A stretch of DNA of 64,000 nt from an uncultured Patescibacteria group bacterium. GTDB lineage: Bacteria > Patescibacteriota > Microgenomatia > UBA10105 > UBA927. The notes beneath the pieces were generated by a model. It ran no database searches. It saw only the letters and a program-made list of their open reading frames with translations, and was not told the origin of the DNA. The stretch is from the NCBI GenBank assembly GCA_937921305.1, contig CAKZSU010000007.1, positions 45,330 through 109,329 on the forward strand, in the 5' to 3' direction. Positions 49,689 through 58,701 of the stretch are shown here, piece after piece. Every line of letters begins with the position of its first letter. Position 1 is the stretch's first letter. The translations under genes were made by a program, and so were the position numbers.

Positions 49689-52616
49689 TCAATGATGTCC
49701 ACCACCACCAGAACCACCTTCTTTGCCTGAAAACTCATCAAGAGCTTGAGTAACTGCCAAAAGTAAAAGTGTTGATAATCCGACTATGAAAACAACTCTC
49801 ATTGTTGGTATCAATCGATCTGTTAATCGAATTTTCAAAAGTTCCCTATAAAAGTGCTCATTTTCTGGTGTGATAATTCCTTTTCCTTCAAGCATATGCA
49901 TGATATGGATCCGCTCACCAAGATCCCACGCTTTTTGCCCTTTACCTCGAATCTTTTGCATCTCGCTTGCATACAAACCAGGAACAAGGTCAATAACCCA
50001 CTCAGAAAACAACTGTGCATACCACCTGGGAGTATTTAATTTTATTATTGCTTCCATAATTTTCTGAAACTTTTCTTGCGCACCCTCTCTTCCGCTTTGA
50101 TTTTCCAGCGCCGCAACAAATTCCGCAAGCTTTTCAATGTCTTGAGGGTGACGAACAAAATAATTGACCTGCTCTCGAATGCCATACATAGCCCCCAAAT
50201 CCCCATGATATATACGAGACCAATAGTCGTTTTGTTCAATCAATGGATTATGTCGCCCCAAAGCATGCATCGGAACATCGGCAATCGAAAGAACTTTGCT
50301 CCATAAATAATTTACATCCTCCTCATCTTTATCTTCTTTCGGATGAACAGCATGATGGTGTCCGTGCGATGGCTCGAACTGAAGACGAAGTTTTCTTGCG
50401 ATATCATCTTTTCTTCTTTTCAAAAACAATAATAATTCTCCAATCACCGGCTGATTCGTCTTTAAAGCCTCTCTGTGAGATGCGCTCATTTTATCCGGAT
50501 CAAATACCATATCAGGTGTCCCCAGCTGAATTTGAAGTTTCATAAAAAGAGCGGCAGAAACCGTTTCTTCAAATTGTCCAAGATTAGCAAATCCGTAGCG
50601 AGAAAGAATGCTCCGCAACTCTTGATCGTTTTCATAAAGACTTAATAATGGGAGCATGTGTGTATCTTTTTCAAGAAGAAGATTAAAGGCTTGTCTTCTT
50701 TTATCAAAAACATCTAGTGTATCACCAGGCTCTCTAATTCTCATCCATAATCCAGCGTATTTGTACCCAGCGTTGTCTAATGCCTCAAGATATCGAGCGA
50801 TTCGAAACCCAGAACTATATGGATCGTTGAAGTCACTCATAAGCTCATCGATTGCTCCCACCCGCCCAAGAGCTAAATAAATAATTTTTTGCTCTTCTTT
50901 GCTAATCATTCCCCATTTTTGCTGTAAAAAGTATGACGGTCTCCACAGGGAAATAATTGCTGAATACGGATCGTTATCAAACCTGCTCGGATCATCGGGA
51001 AGCTTTGATTCTCGAGCGATCAAAAGTGGTTTTCGAAGCGAAACAGTAAATATTCTGTCGGCTCTCCGAACAATTCGTTGTTTTGTCTGCTCGTCAATAT
51101 CTCTTCCTTCAAAAAGCTGATCAACAAATTGTCGTAGTTTTTTTTCTAACTCTGAAATATCTGATTGTTCAAATCGATGATTGGGTTTTGTATGAATAAT
51201 CTCCAACAGCGCTTGCTCAGCATATAACGCGACCTTTGCTATAGGAGCATCAACGCCTGCAACAGATCTATTTAGTTCACCAATTATTTGTTTTAAAAAT
51301 AAATCTGACGCGCTTCTCTGAATAATTCCTATTTTTTCTCGATCAAATGGCGGTCGAGACAGTCCATGGTTTACATCGTGAAGGGCAAGAATCATATTCA
51401 CTCTGTCTTCAAGCTTTTTTCTCAGATCTGGATGATTGGTAAAGGCGTACAGTTTAATTTCAGCTATCTTTCTCCGTAATTCCTGATAATTTGTGTCAAG
51501 TTGCAATTCATGACTAAACTCAGATCGCTCCTCAATCAAATCTAATATAGGATCTAAATACGAAAGAACCTCCTGAAAAACCCTCTCTTTGTCTTCTTCT
51601 GACGCACCATCTGGAATTCTAAACCGAAGGATTTCTTGCATTTCATTATTCCGAATTTGTAATTCCTGCGGATTATCAATTGCCCTTCTATCATTTCTTA
51701 CGTCTTGAGCATATAATTTAAAATCTTCTTCTAACTCTTTAAATTTTTCTCTATATACCAATTGTACCCAATCAACATAGTCATTAATATTAATTTCTGG
51801 ATCAGAAAGAACAGACGACATTTCTTGCTCTACTGCTTCTCTATGTTTCTGAAGCAATTGCTCGTAGAGTTCATCTCGATTAGCGCCTATAACACCACTC
51901 TGAAGCTTTTCAATTTCTTGAAGTTTTCTTTCACCCGAAAAGGAAGTATCTCCCATAATTGCAAGAAGCTCCAACTCTAAAGCCATTGCTTTTGCAAGAA
52001 CTTCTTTTGTTAGCTCTCTTTTTGCTTCCTCAAACAACACGCCCCTTAACTCATCCGCAATAATTTGCGCTTCTTGCTCTTGTTTTTTTGTTTGTTCGTC
52101 AATAGGATTATCACCCTCTTGAGACACAAATGGTGGTGTTTTGGGATTTTTTTCCTCTTCCGCAATCTTTTTTCCCAATCGTCGGATTTTTGTTCTTTCT
52201 TCTTTATCCAAGGAATATTGAGTTTGTTGTTCTCCTTGTTGTTCTCCTTGTTGTTCTCCTTGTTGTTCTCCTTGTTGTTCTCCTTGTCCAGTTCTCCTGT
52301 CTTTCTCCAGCTCCTTTTGTGCTTCTTCAATTTGCAATCTCGTTCTTATCACAACTTCATTTTTAGAATCTTTTGGAAGAGCATCAGATAATACTCGAAT
52401 TTTCTCTTCTAAAGAAAGATTGCCGTATTCTGTTTTATACTTTTCTTCCGCGATTCGATTAAACAATTCTTTCAATTCTAAAAAAATAGGATCTTTTACT
52501 CGTCGATGTGATAGATCCTCCTCTCGTGTAGATCTACTTGACCTTGCTGCTACTTCTATGTTTTTTAAAACTTTCCTTAATAACCAATTTTTAGCTTCTG
52601 GTCTTGACATGTACAT
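49689..52616 (-). CDS. Large alpha-helical hypothetical protein (975 aa) with a tandem (GEQQ)x5 repeat and a C-terminal transmembrane anchor
   Basis: The repeat is encoded by five 12-nt units (ttgttgttctcc) at 52224-52283. C-terminus VVFIVGLSTLLLLAVTQAL followed by a Gly/His tail. Confidence 0.5.
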   Translation of the reverse strand: MYMSRPEAKNWLLRKVLKNIEVAARSSRSTREEDLSHRRVKDPIFLELKELFNRIAEEKYKTEYGNLSLEEKIRVLSDALPKDSKNEVVIRTRLQIEEAQKELEKDRRTGQGEQQGEQQGEQQGEQQGEQQTQYSLDKEERTKIRRLGKKIAEEEKNPKTPPFVSQEGDNPIDEQTKKQEQEAQIIADELRGVLFEEAKRELTKEVLAKAMALELELLAIMGDTSFSGERKLQEIEKLQSGVIGANRDELYEQLLQKHREAVEQEMSSVLSDPEININDYVDWVQLVYREKFKELEEDFKLYAQDVRNDRRAIDNPQELQIRNNEMQEILRFRIPDGASEEDKERVFQEVLSYLDPILDLIEERSEFSHELQLDTNYQELRRKIAEIKLYAFTNHPDLRKKLEDRVNMILALHDVNHGLSRPPFDREKIGIIQRSASDLFLKQIIGELNRSVAGVDAPIAKVALYAEQALLEIIHTKPNHRFEQSDISELEKKLRQFVDQLFEGRDIDEQTKQRIVRRADRIFTVSLRKPLLIARESKLPDDPSRFDNDPYSAIISLWRPSYFLQQKWGMISKEEQKIIYLALGRVGAIDELMSDFNDPYSSGFRIARYLEALDNAGYKYAGLWMRIREPGDTLDVFDKRRQAFNLLLEKDTHMLPLLSLYENDQELRSILSRYGFANLGQFEETVSAALFMKLQIQLGTPDMVFDPDKMSASHREALKTNQPVIGELLLFLKRRKDDIARKLRLQFEPSHGHHHAVHPKEDKDEEDVNYLWSKVLSIADVPMHALGRHNPLIEQNDYWSRIYHGDLGAMYGIREQVNYFVRHPQDIEKLAEFVAALENQSGREGAQEKFQKIMEAIIKLNTPRWYAQLFSEWVIDLVPGLYASEMQKIRGKGQKAWDLGERIHIMHMLEGKGIITPENEHFYRELLKIRLTDRLIPTMRVVFIVGLSTLLLLAVTQALDEFSGKEGGSGGGGHH
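52224..52283. repeat. Perfect 5 x 12-nt tandem repeat (ttgttgttctcc) within the coding region of the 975-aa protein
   Basis: Seen directly in the sequence. Confidence 0.9.
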
Positions 52617-52653
52617 ATTTTATCATGAAAGAACGAAAAAATGGAGGGGTTGC

Positions 52654-54840
52654 CTAAGTTTTCCACACCTGCTTCTTCCCATATCTCTCTCGCGAGGAAC
52701 GAATGACTTTTTGTCTGTTTTTGTTTCTGCTGTTTGGCAATGGGAGGGTCGTGGCAAAAAATGGATTTGACGTGTGATTGTCGATTGATAATTTCATGAT
52801 GGTTTGATAATTGCCGAGCCCAACTAATTCTTCTGGCTTATATTTTCCACCAAACTCTTTAGAGAGTATATGCGCGTCAGACGCGCCAACACCAAAAGAA
52901 ATTAACGATCCCACATTTCCGAAGATCGCCTTCTGAATATCTTCGTCAATTTGCCCGATGTATTGATTGGCAAGCATCAAATTTAACCGATATTTTCGAG
53001 CCTCTGAGAGAATTTTGATAAAACTTCTCGTCGCGAAGTTTTGAAACTCGTCAACATACAAATAAAAATCCCTTCGGTCTCGCTCTTCAATATAGACTCT
53101 ATTCATCGCGGCAAGCTGCATTTTTGTAATCAGCATCGCGCCAAGAAGCGCGCTGTTATCCTCCCCAAGTTTTCCCTGAGAGAGGTTTACTAAAAGAATT
53201 TTCCCGTGATTCATGATATCTTCCAAATTGATCGTTGAGGCAGGATAGCCGATAATCTGACGAATTGTTTGGGACGAAAGAAACTGACCGACTTTATTCA
53301 AAATCGGAGAAATTGCTTCGCTTTTCAGTTGTGGAGGCATTTTTTCAAATTCATTCATCCAAAAATTTTTTAATATCTGATCTGATAATTTCTCCACAAC
53401 ATTCTTTCGATATCGATCATTCGCAAGAAGCTCTGGAACCTGCAAAAATGTTGCGTGCGGAACATGCAACAAAGTCAAGATTGTATTCCGAAGAATATAT
53501 TCTAGTCTTGGTCCCCAACTATGAGCATATAGCTTAAAAAAGATTGAAACAATACCAGACGCAACGAGTTCGCGATAGGTATCGTTTTTCACCTCAAGAG
53601 GATTGATGCGAAACGGATATTCAATATCAGACGGATCAAAATATGCAACATCATTAATCCGAAATGAGGGAATAAAATCAAGGATCACATCGCACAGATC
53701 GCCATGAGGATCAATTACCGCCAGACCTTCCCCATTTCTCATGTCGTTAATCACCATATTTGCGATAAGCGTGGACTTTCCTGCACCAGTTTTTCCAACC
53801 ACATAGATGTGTTTTCTTCTATCATCTTTTTTTATCCCGAACGTCGTTAACTCATTTTTATGCTCTGTTCTCGCAAAAAAATTGATTCGTTTTTTCTCTT
53901 CTTCATTGTCCGTCGCAACAGGAAGATTGTCCGGCGCTTCTCCTGTCATCTTTGATCCCCACGCAATATTTTTCACCATAGACAAAGAAGCTCCTGGTGG
54001 ATGCCATAACGAGGCAAGCTCTCGAACTGTAAAGATTTGATTTCTCGGAACAGTCTTCCATGATCGCTCAAGAAATGCTCGCTCAAATCGTTTTTTCAAA
54101 AAAAATAATGGATCGGCCAGCTTTAAGCCGTTTCCATCTCCCGAAGTAAACACGCCGTAGGTTCCAGAAATAGACTGGATCATATCTTTTGCTCGCTCTT
54201 TTGTTGGTGCGACAGCAAGAAGACGAATCGCCCCATGAAATCCTATCTGTTGAATCTTTTCCTCAATAATTGACGCCTGAGGGTGTGGCTTTGTCCGTTG
54301 TGGATTCATCGGGTCGGGAACGCCTTTTATAAGCATCCGAGAAACAGTTCGTTGCCAGCCTTGACCAGCGGGAGAAATCCATAGATGAATCGCGACTGCC
54401 TCATTTACCTGAAGCTTTGCTAGTTGACCAAACACCGACGCCAACATATCCACATCTTTTGCATCTTTATATGTTCGCAATGAAAAATAATATGGGTTTA
54501 AAAACACGAGTTGAGACGACTCGTGAGGTAACGAAAAGAAACTTGGAAGATAGTCTTTCACCCGTAAAAGAATCACCTTAGGATAATGCGCAGCTATCTG
54601 ACTCTCAACATATCGCACTGCATGCTCTGGAATCCCAACAAATGTATGAATTTTTGTATGCAAACAAACAAACTCAAAAGTGAACCAATGACTCGCTCGA
54701 CGAAGACCAAAAATTGTTCGCAACAATCCTCCGTGATACCCAACAGATCCAATCGCAGAAAACACTTGCTCTATTGCTTCTGGTCCCTCCTCGCTTTCTG
54801 GGCTATTCCGAACTTCAAAAAGAACAATATGTGTATTCAT
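52654..54840 (-). CDS. virD4: VirD4/TraG/TraD-like type IV secretion coupling ATPase (paralog 2). It lacks an N-terminal transmembrane helix.
   Basis: Walker A YVVGKTGAGKST, Walker B DFYLYVDEFQNF, ILSEARKYRLNLMLANQYIGQIDEDIQKAIFGNVGSLISFGV. Confidence 0.7.
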   Translation of the reverse strand: MNTHIVLFEVRNSPESEEGPEAIEQVFSAIGSVGYHGGLLRTIFGLRRASHWFTFEFVCLHTKIHTFVGIPEHAVRYVESQIAAHYPKVILLRVKDYLPSFFSLPHESSQLVFLNPYYFSLRTYKDAKDVDMLASVFGQLAKLQVNEAVAIHLWISPAGQGWQRTVSRMLIKGVPDPMNPQRTKPHPQASIIEEKIQQIGFHGAIRLLAVAPTKERAKDMIQSISGTYGVFTSGDGNGLKLADPLFFLKKRFERAFLERSWKTVPRNQIFTVRELASLWHPPGASLSMVKNIAWGSKMTGEAPDNLPVATDNEEEKKRINFFARTEHKNELTTFGIKKDDRRKHIYVVGKTGAGKSTLIANMVINDMRNGEGLAVIDPHGDLCDVILDFIPSFRINDVAYFDPSDIEYPFRINPLEVKNDTYRELVASGIVSIFFKLYAHSWGPRLEYILRNTILTLLHVPHATFLQVPELLANDRYRKNVVEKLSDQILKNFWMNEFEKMPPQLKSEAISPILNKVGQFLSSQTIRQIIGYPASTINLEDIMNHGKILLVNLSQGKLGEDNSALLGAMLITKMQLAAMNRVYIEERDRRDFYLYVDEFQNFATRSFIKILSEARKYRLNLMLANQYIGQIDEDIQKAIFGNVGSLISFGVGASDAHILSKEFGGKYKPEELVGLGNYQTIMKLSIDNHTSNPFFATTLPLPNSRNKNRQKVIRSSRERYGKKQVWKT

Positions 54841-54935
54841 GATAATTGCATATCTAATTGTAATAGAAATGAAACATGTTTGATATGTCGCGTTGTCTTG
54901 CGATTTTGATTGTTTCTTTTTACAATAATCATATC

Positions 54936-56069
54936 ATGCTTGAACAGCACCCTGTTCCTCAAAATGTTACCAGCTTTCAATTCAAACTTATCGGTGATAT
55001 GACACTCAAGCAATTTGGGTATCTTGCAGGAGGTGGGATTCTTGCGCTTGCATCATACAACCTCCCTCTTCCCGATCTCTTTCGATGGCCACTTGTTGGG
55101 ATTTTTGCTTTGGGGGGTATAGGATTTGCGTTTGTTCCAATTGAAGAACGACCAATGGATGTTTGGTTTATCTCGTTTATAAAAAGCGTATATAGTCCAA
55201 CATTATATGTGTGGCAACGAGAAGCGACGGTTGTCCAACAACAAAACACCACCCCAGCGTTGACGATTCCAAATATCCCCCATGTGTCAATTGCAAAAAA
55301 TGCATCATCATCGATCACAAATATGTTTTCTCGAATAAAACCACCTACGCTTCCTCAATTTAGAATAAATAAATTAAATATCCAAAAACTATCAGTGAGC
55401 GCTCCTAAAACAAACACATCAACCCCTAAAGGGCAAAACAACATGGCAAACCACACACAACAATCCCATCAACAATCAACAACACATCAAACATCTCCAC
55501 AAAACAATCCAACGCAAAATGTTCAAAACACCCATCATACGATCAATCAACCAGAACCTCAAACACAACAAAATTCCGTTGGAAACATATCAACCAAGCC
55601 AACGCTTGAAGAACAACTAAAAAAAGCATTGGAAGAAAAAAAACAACTAGAAGAAGATCTTAAAAAAATCAAGAGTGTTCTTCCTTATGGATCAAAACAA
55701 AACCAAAAACAACAAAATAAAGTGACTCAATCGCCCGCTCCGCAGCAAAACGTTCTTTCTGGTGTTGTAAAACAAAAAACAGGAGATCCACTTCATAGTA
55801 TTTTAATAACAGTCAAAGACACGAATGGCATCCCTATAAGAGCACTAAAAACGAATAAGCTTGGACAATTCTTTTCCGCAACACCGCTCCCAAACGGAAC
55901 ATATACAATAGAAGTAGAAGATCCTAAAAATGTATTTTTCTTTCAGTCAACACAGATAACATTTACTGGTGAAAAAAATAATCCAATCATTATTGTTGCA
56001 AAATCAAAACAAGACCTAGAAAGACAAAAACTTGAGCAAGTGTTGTTTGGAACGACATCAAAACCATAG
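54936..56069 (+). CDS. PrgI/VirB3-like T4SS membrane protein fused to a Gln/Thr-rich linker and a C-terminal beta-sandwich domain. The ORF track starts it at 54876.
   Basis: FQFKLIGDMTLKQFGYLAGGGILALASYNLPLP...PLVGIFALGGIGFAFVPIEERPMDVWFISFI matches the PrgI-family topology of two transmembrane helices. Confidence 0.5.
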   Translation: MLEQHPVPQNVTSFQFKLIGDMTLKQFGYLAGGGILALASYNLPLPDLFRWPLVGIFALGGIGFAFVPIEERPMDVWFISFIKSVYSPTLYVWQREATVVQQQNTTPALTIPNIPHVSIAKNASSSITNMFSRIKPPTLPQFRINKLNIQKLSVSAPKTNTSTPKGQNNMANHTQQSHQQSTTHQTSPQNNPTQNVQNTHHTINQPEPQTQQNSVGNISTKPTLEEQLKKALEEKKQLEEDLKKIKSVLPYGSKQNQKQQNKVTQSPAPQQNVLSGVVKQKTGDPLHSILITVKDTNGIPIRALKTNKLGQFFSATPLPNGTYTIEVEDPKNVFFFQSTQITFTGEKNNPIIIVAKSKQDLERQKLEQVLFGTTSKP

Positions 56070-56110
56070 AATTTTAATATATCAAAATTGACGATGCGCG
56101 TTGATTATGT

Positions 56111-56770
56111 ATGAAGCAAACAATTGTACCAATCCGATCCTCCACGCAAAAATTCATAGAAATTGAAGATGTAGACAAAGATATTGCACTGTTTGTAGAC
56201 GGATCGTGCGTTATGGTTCTTTCTGTTTCGGCGGTAAATTTTGAACTTCTCTCTGAAAAAGAACAGGAATCGCTCATTTACGCGTATGGAAATTTTCTTA
56301 ACTCGCTATCGTTTCCCATACAAATTCTTGTTCGAACACAGCGAAAGGATATTAGCTCTTATCTTCATGAACTCGAAGATCAAGAAAAGAAACAAACAAA
56401 CCCTAAACTTCAAGCAAGCATACGGTCATATCGCGTGTTTATTTCAAAAATGGTTAAGGAACGAAATGTTCTTGATAAAAAATTCTACATTGTTATTCCT
56501 CTCTCGAGTCTGGAACTTGGCATATCGCCATCTCTTCTATTTGGCAACAAAAAAAGCGGGCTTCCATATCCAAAAGACTACATTTTTGAAAAAGCAATGA
56601 ACATACTAACACCCAAAAAGGATCAAGTCATTAGACTCATTGGACGCATGGGATTAAAAGCAAAACAACTCAACACAGAACAACTTATTCAATTGTTTTT
56701 TTCTATTTACAATCCAGAAACGCCATTACCGGATAAAACCAAATTAGAACACGCACAACACAATCAATGA
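56111..56770 (+). CDS. virB4: VirB4-like ATPase, N-terminal domain (separate ORF)
   Basis: FVDGSCVMVLSVSAVNFELLSEKEQESLIYAYGNFLNSLSFPIQILVRTQRKDISSYL is typical of the VirB4/TrbE/CagE N-terminal region. Its TGA stop overlaps the ATG of the next ORF (ATGA). Confidence 0.6.
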   Translation: MKQTIVPIRSSTQKFIEIEDVDKDIALFVDGSCVMVLSVSAVNFELLSEKEQESLIYAYGNFLNSLSFPIQILVRTQRKDISSYLHELEDQEKKQTNPKLQASIRSYRVFISKMVKERNVLDKKFYIVIPLSSLELGISPSLLFGNKKSGLPYPKDYIFEKAMNILTPKKDQVIRLIGRMGLKAKQLNTEQLIQLFFSIYNPETPLPDKTKLEHAQHNQ

Positions 56771-58668
56771 ATTGGAAACACGCGATTAAAAAATTTCTTA
56801 ACCCGATGCCAGAAAACAAGCCGGTTCAACATTCGGCAACCGGCCCATTATTATTGAAAGATATTATTGCCCCGCCCTCTATTGAAGTGGATTTTGATTA
56901 TTTAAAAATTGGAGATAAATACTTTAGAAGCTTCTTTGTTGCCGGATATCCCCGTTTTGTTTCACCAAACTGGCTTCAGCCGATCATATCATTTGACCAC
57001 ACATTAGACATTTCTATGTTTGTGTATCCATCAAATTCTGCGGAAATCCTTGAAAATCTCAAAAGAAAAGTTGGAGAAATGGAAGCAACTATTCAATCTG
57101 ATCTTAAACGAGGACGGGTGATAGAACCATCTGTTCAAGTTGCCCTTGAAGACGCGCTCGCGCTTCAACAAGAACTTGCAAAAGGGGAAGAACGATTCTT
57201 TCAATTTGGTCTATATCTCACAATACCAGCGTCAAATAAAGAAGATTTAGATAAAACATCAAAACAAGTCGAGTCGACACTTGGATCACTCATGATCATC
57301 AGTAAGCGCGCAATGCTTCAAATGGAAGAAGCCTTTAAAACAACGCTTCCAATGGGTCAAGATCGCCTTGTAATAACACGAAATATGGATACTACCTCTC
57401 TTGCGACAACATTTCCGTTTACAACATCGGAACTTACCGCGAATGAAGGAATTTTGTACGGGATTAATCAACACAATGACAGTCTTGTCATTTTTGATCG
57501 ATTTCATCTTGAAAACGCAAACACCGTTGTGTTCGGGAAGTCTGGCTCCGGCAAAAGCTACTTAGTAAAGCTTGAAATTATTCGAAGCATCATGTTTGAC
57601 ACGGAAATTATTATTATCGATCCAGAAAACGAATACGAAGCGTTAACTTATATGCTGGGCGGAGAATATATCCGATTTAGCTTTAATAGTCCAACAAAAA
57701 TTAACCCGTTTGATCTGGCTCTTTTAAAAGAAAGCGGAGAAAGTGAGCTCAATCAAAAAATACTTTCGCTTCATGGGTTCTTTCGTGTTGTGATGGGAGA
57801 ACTTGATCCAACCGAAGACGCGATTCTCGATCAAGCCCTTATTTTGACGTATAAACAAAAAGGAATTACGCCAGACGAAGAAACACAAAAGAAAGAACCA
57901 CCATTAATGGAAGATTTATATAAGGTCTTAATTGGCATGGAAAACGAAATAGCTCATTCCCTTGCGAACAGAATTGAAAAGTTTGTCAAAGGAAGTCTCG
58001 TGGGGATATTTGATCAACAAACAAATATTGAGATAAAAAATCAACTGACGGTCTTTTCTATTCGAGACCTTGAAGAATCTCTCAGGCCAATCGCCATGTA
58101 TCTTATTCTTGATTACATTTGGACGCGCGTTCGAAGAAGTCTTAAAAAACGATTACTTATCGTTGATGAGGCGTGGTACATGATGCGATACCCCGACTCC
58201 GCACAATTCTTAAATTCAATAACAAAGCGAGCAAGAAAATACTACCTTGGTGTCACAACAATTTCTCAAGATGTTGAGGATTTTATTTCAACAGAATTAG
58301 GAAAAACCATCATCCAAAATAGTAGCCTACAGTTTTTGATGAAACAATCTGCAGCCGCGGTGGACAAAATCACCGATGTGTTTTACTTATCAGATGGAGA
58401 GAAACAACTGTTGATGACAGTGAATGTCGGAGAGGGGCTTATGTTTGCGGGACCAGCGCATGCAGCGATCCGCGTTGTTGCATCGCCAGAAGAACACGAG
58501 GTAGCGACAACAAAACCACAGGAGGTTCTAAAAAGACAACAACAAAACAAAACAACATATAATACTGATGAAAAAACAGATGAAAAATCAAAGAAAGAAC
58601 AATCAACAAAAAATACATCAATAGACAAGACCACAAATAGACCCATCTTTGTTGTCGAACAATTCTAG
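56767..58668 (+). CDS. virB4: VirB4/TrbE/CagE-family T4SS ATPase, C-terminal ATPase domain
   Basis: Walker A VVFGKSGSGKSYL, Walker B RLLIVDEAWYMM, and the YYLGVTTISQDVEDF block. Confidence 0.8.
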   Translation: MNWKHAIKKFLNPMPENKPVQHSATGPLLLKDIIAPPSIEVDFDYLKIGDKYFRSFFVAGYPRFVSPNWLQPIISFDHTLDISMFVYPSNSAEILENLKRKVGEMEATIQSDLKRGRVIEPSVQVALEDALALQQELAKGEERFFQFGLYLTIPASNKEDLDKTSKQVESTLGSLMIISKRAMLQMEEAFKTTLPMGQDRLVITRNMDTTSLATTFPFTTSELTANEGILYGINQHNDSLVIFDRFHLENANTVVFGKSGSGKSYLVKLEIIRSIMFDTEIIIIDPENEYEALTYMLGGEYIRFSFNSPTKINPFDLALLKESGESELNQKILSLHGFFRVVMGELDPTEDAILDQALILTYKQKGITPDEETQKKEPPLMEDLYKVLIGMENEIAHSLANRIEKFVKGSLVGIFDQQTNIEIKNQLTVFSIRDLEESLRPIAMYLILDYIWTRVRRSLKKRLLIVDEAWYMMRYPDSAQFLNSITKRARKYYLGVTTISQDVEDFISTELGKTIIQNSSLQFLMKQSAAAVDKITDVFYLSDGEKQLLMTVNVGEGLMFAGPAHAAIRVVASPEEHEVATTKPQEVLKRQQQNKTTYNTDEKTDEKSKKEQSTKNTSIDKTTNRPIFVVEQF

Positions 58669-58701
58669 GGAGAGATAATTTCCTTTATATATTTCATTTA
58701 T

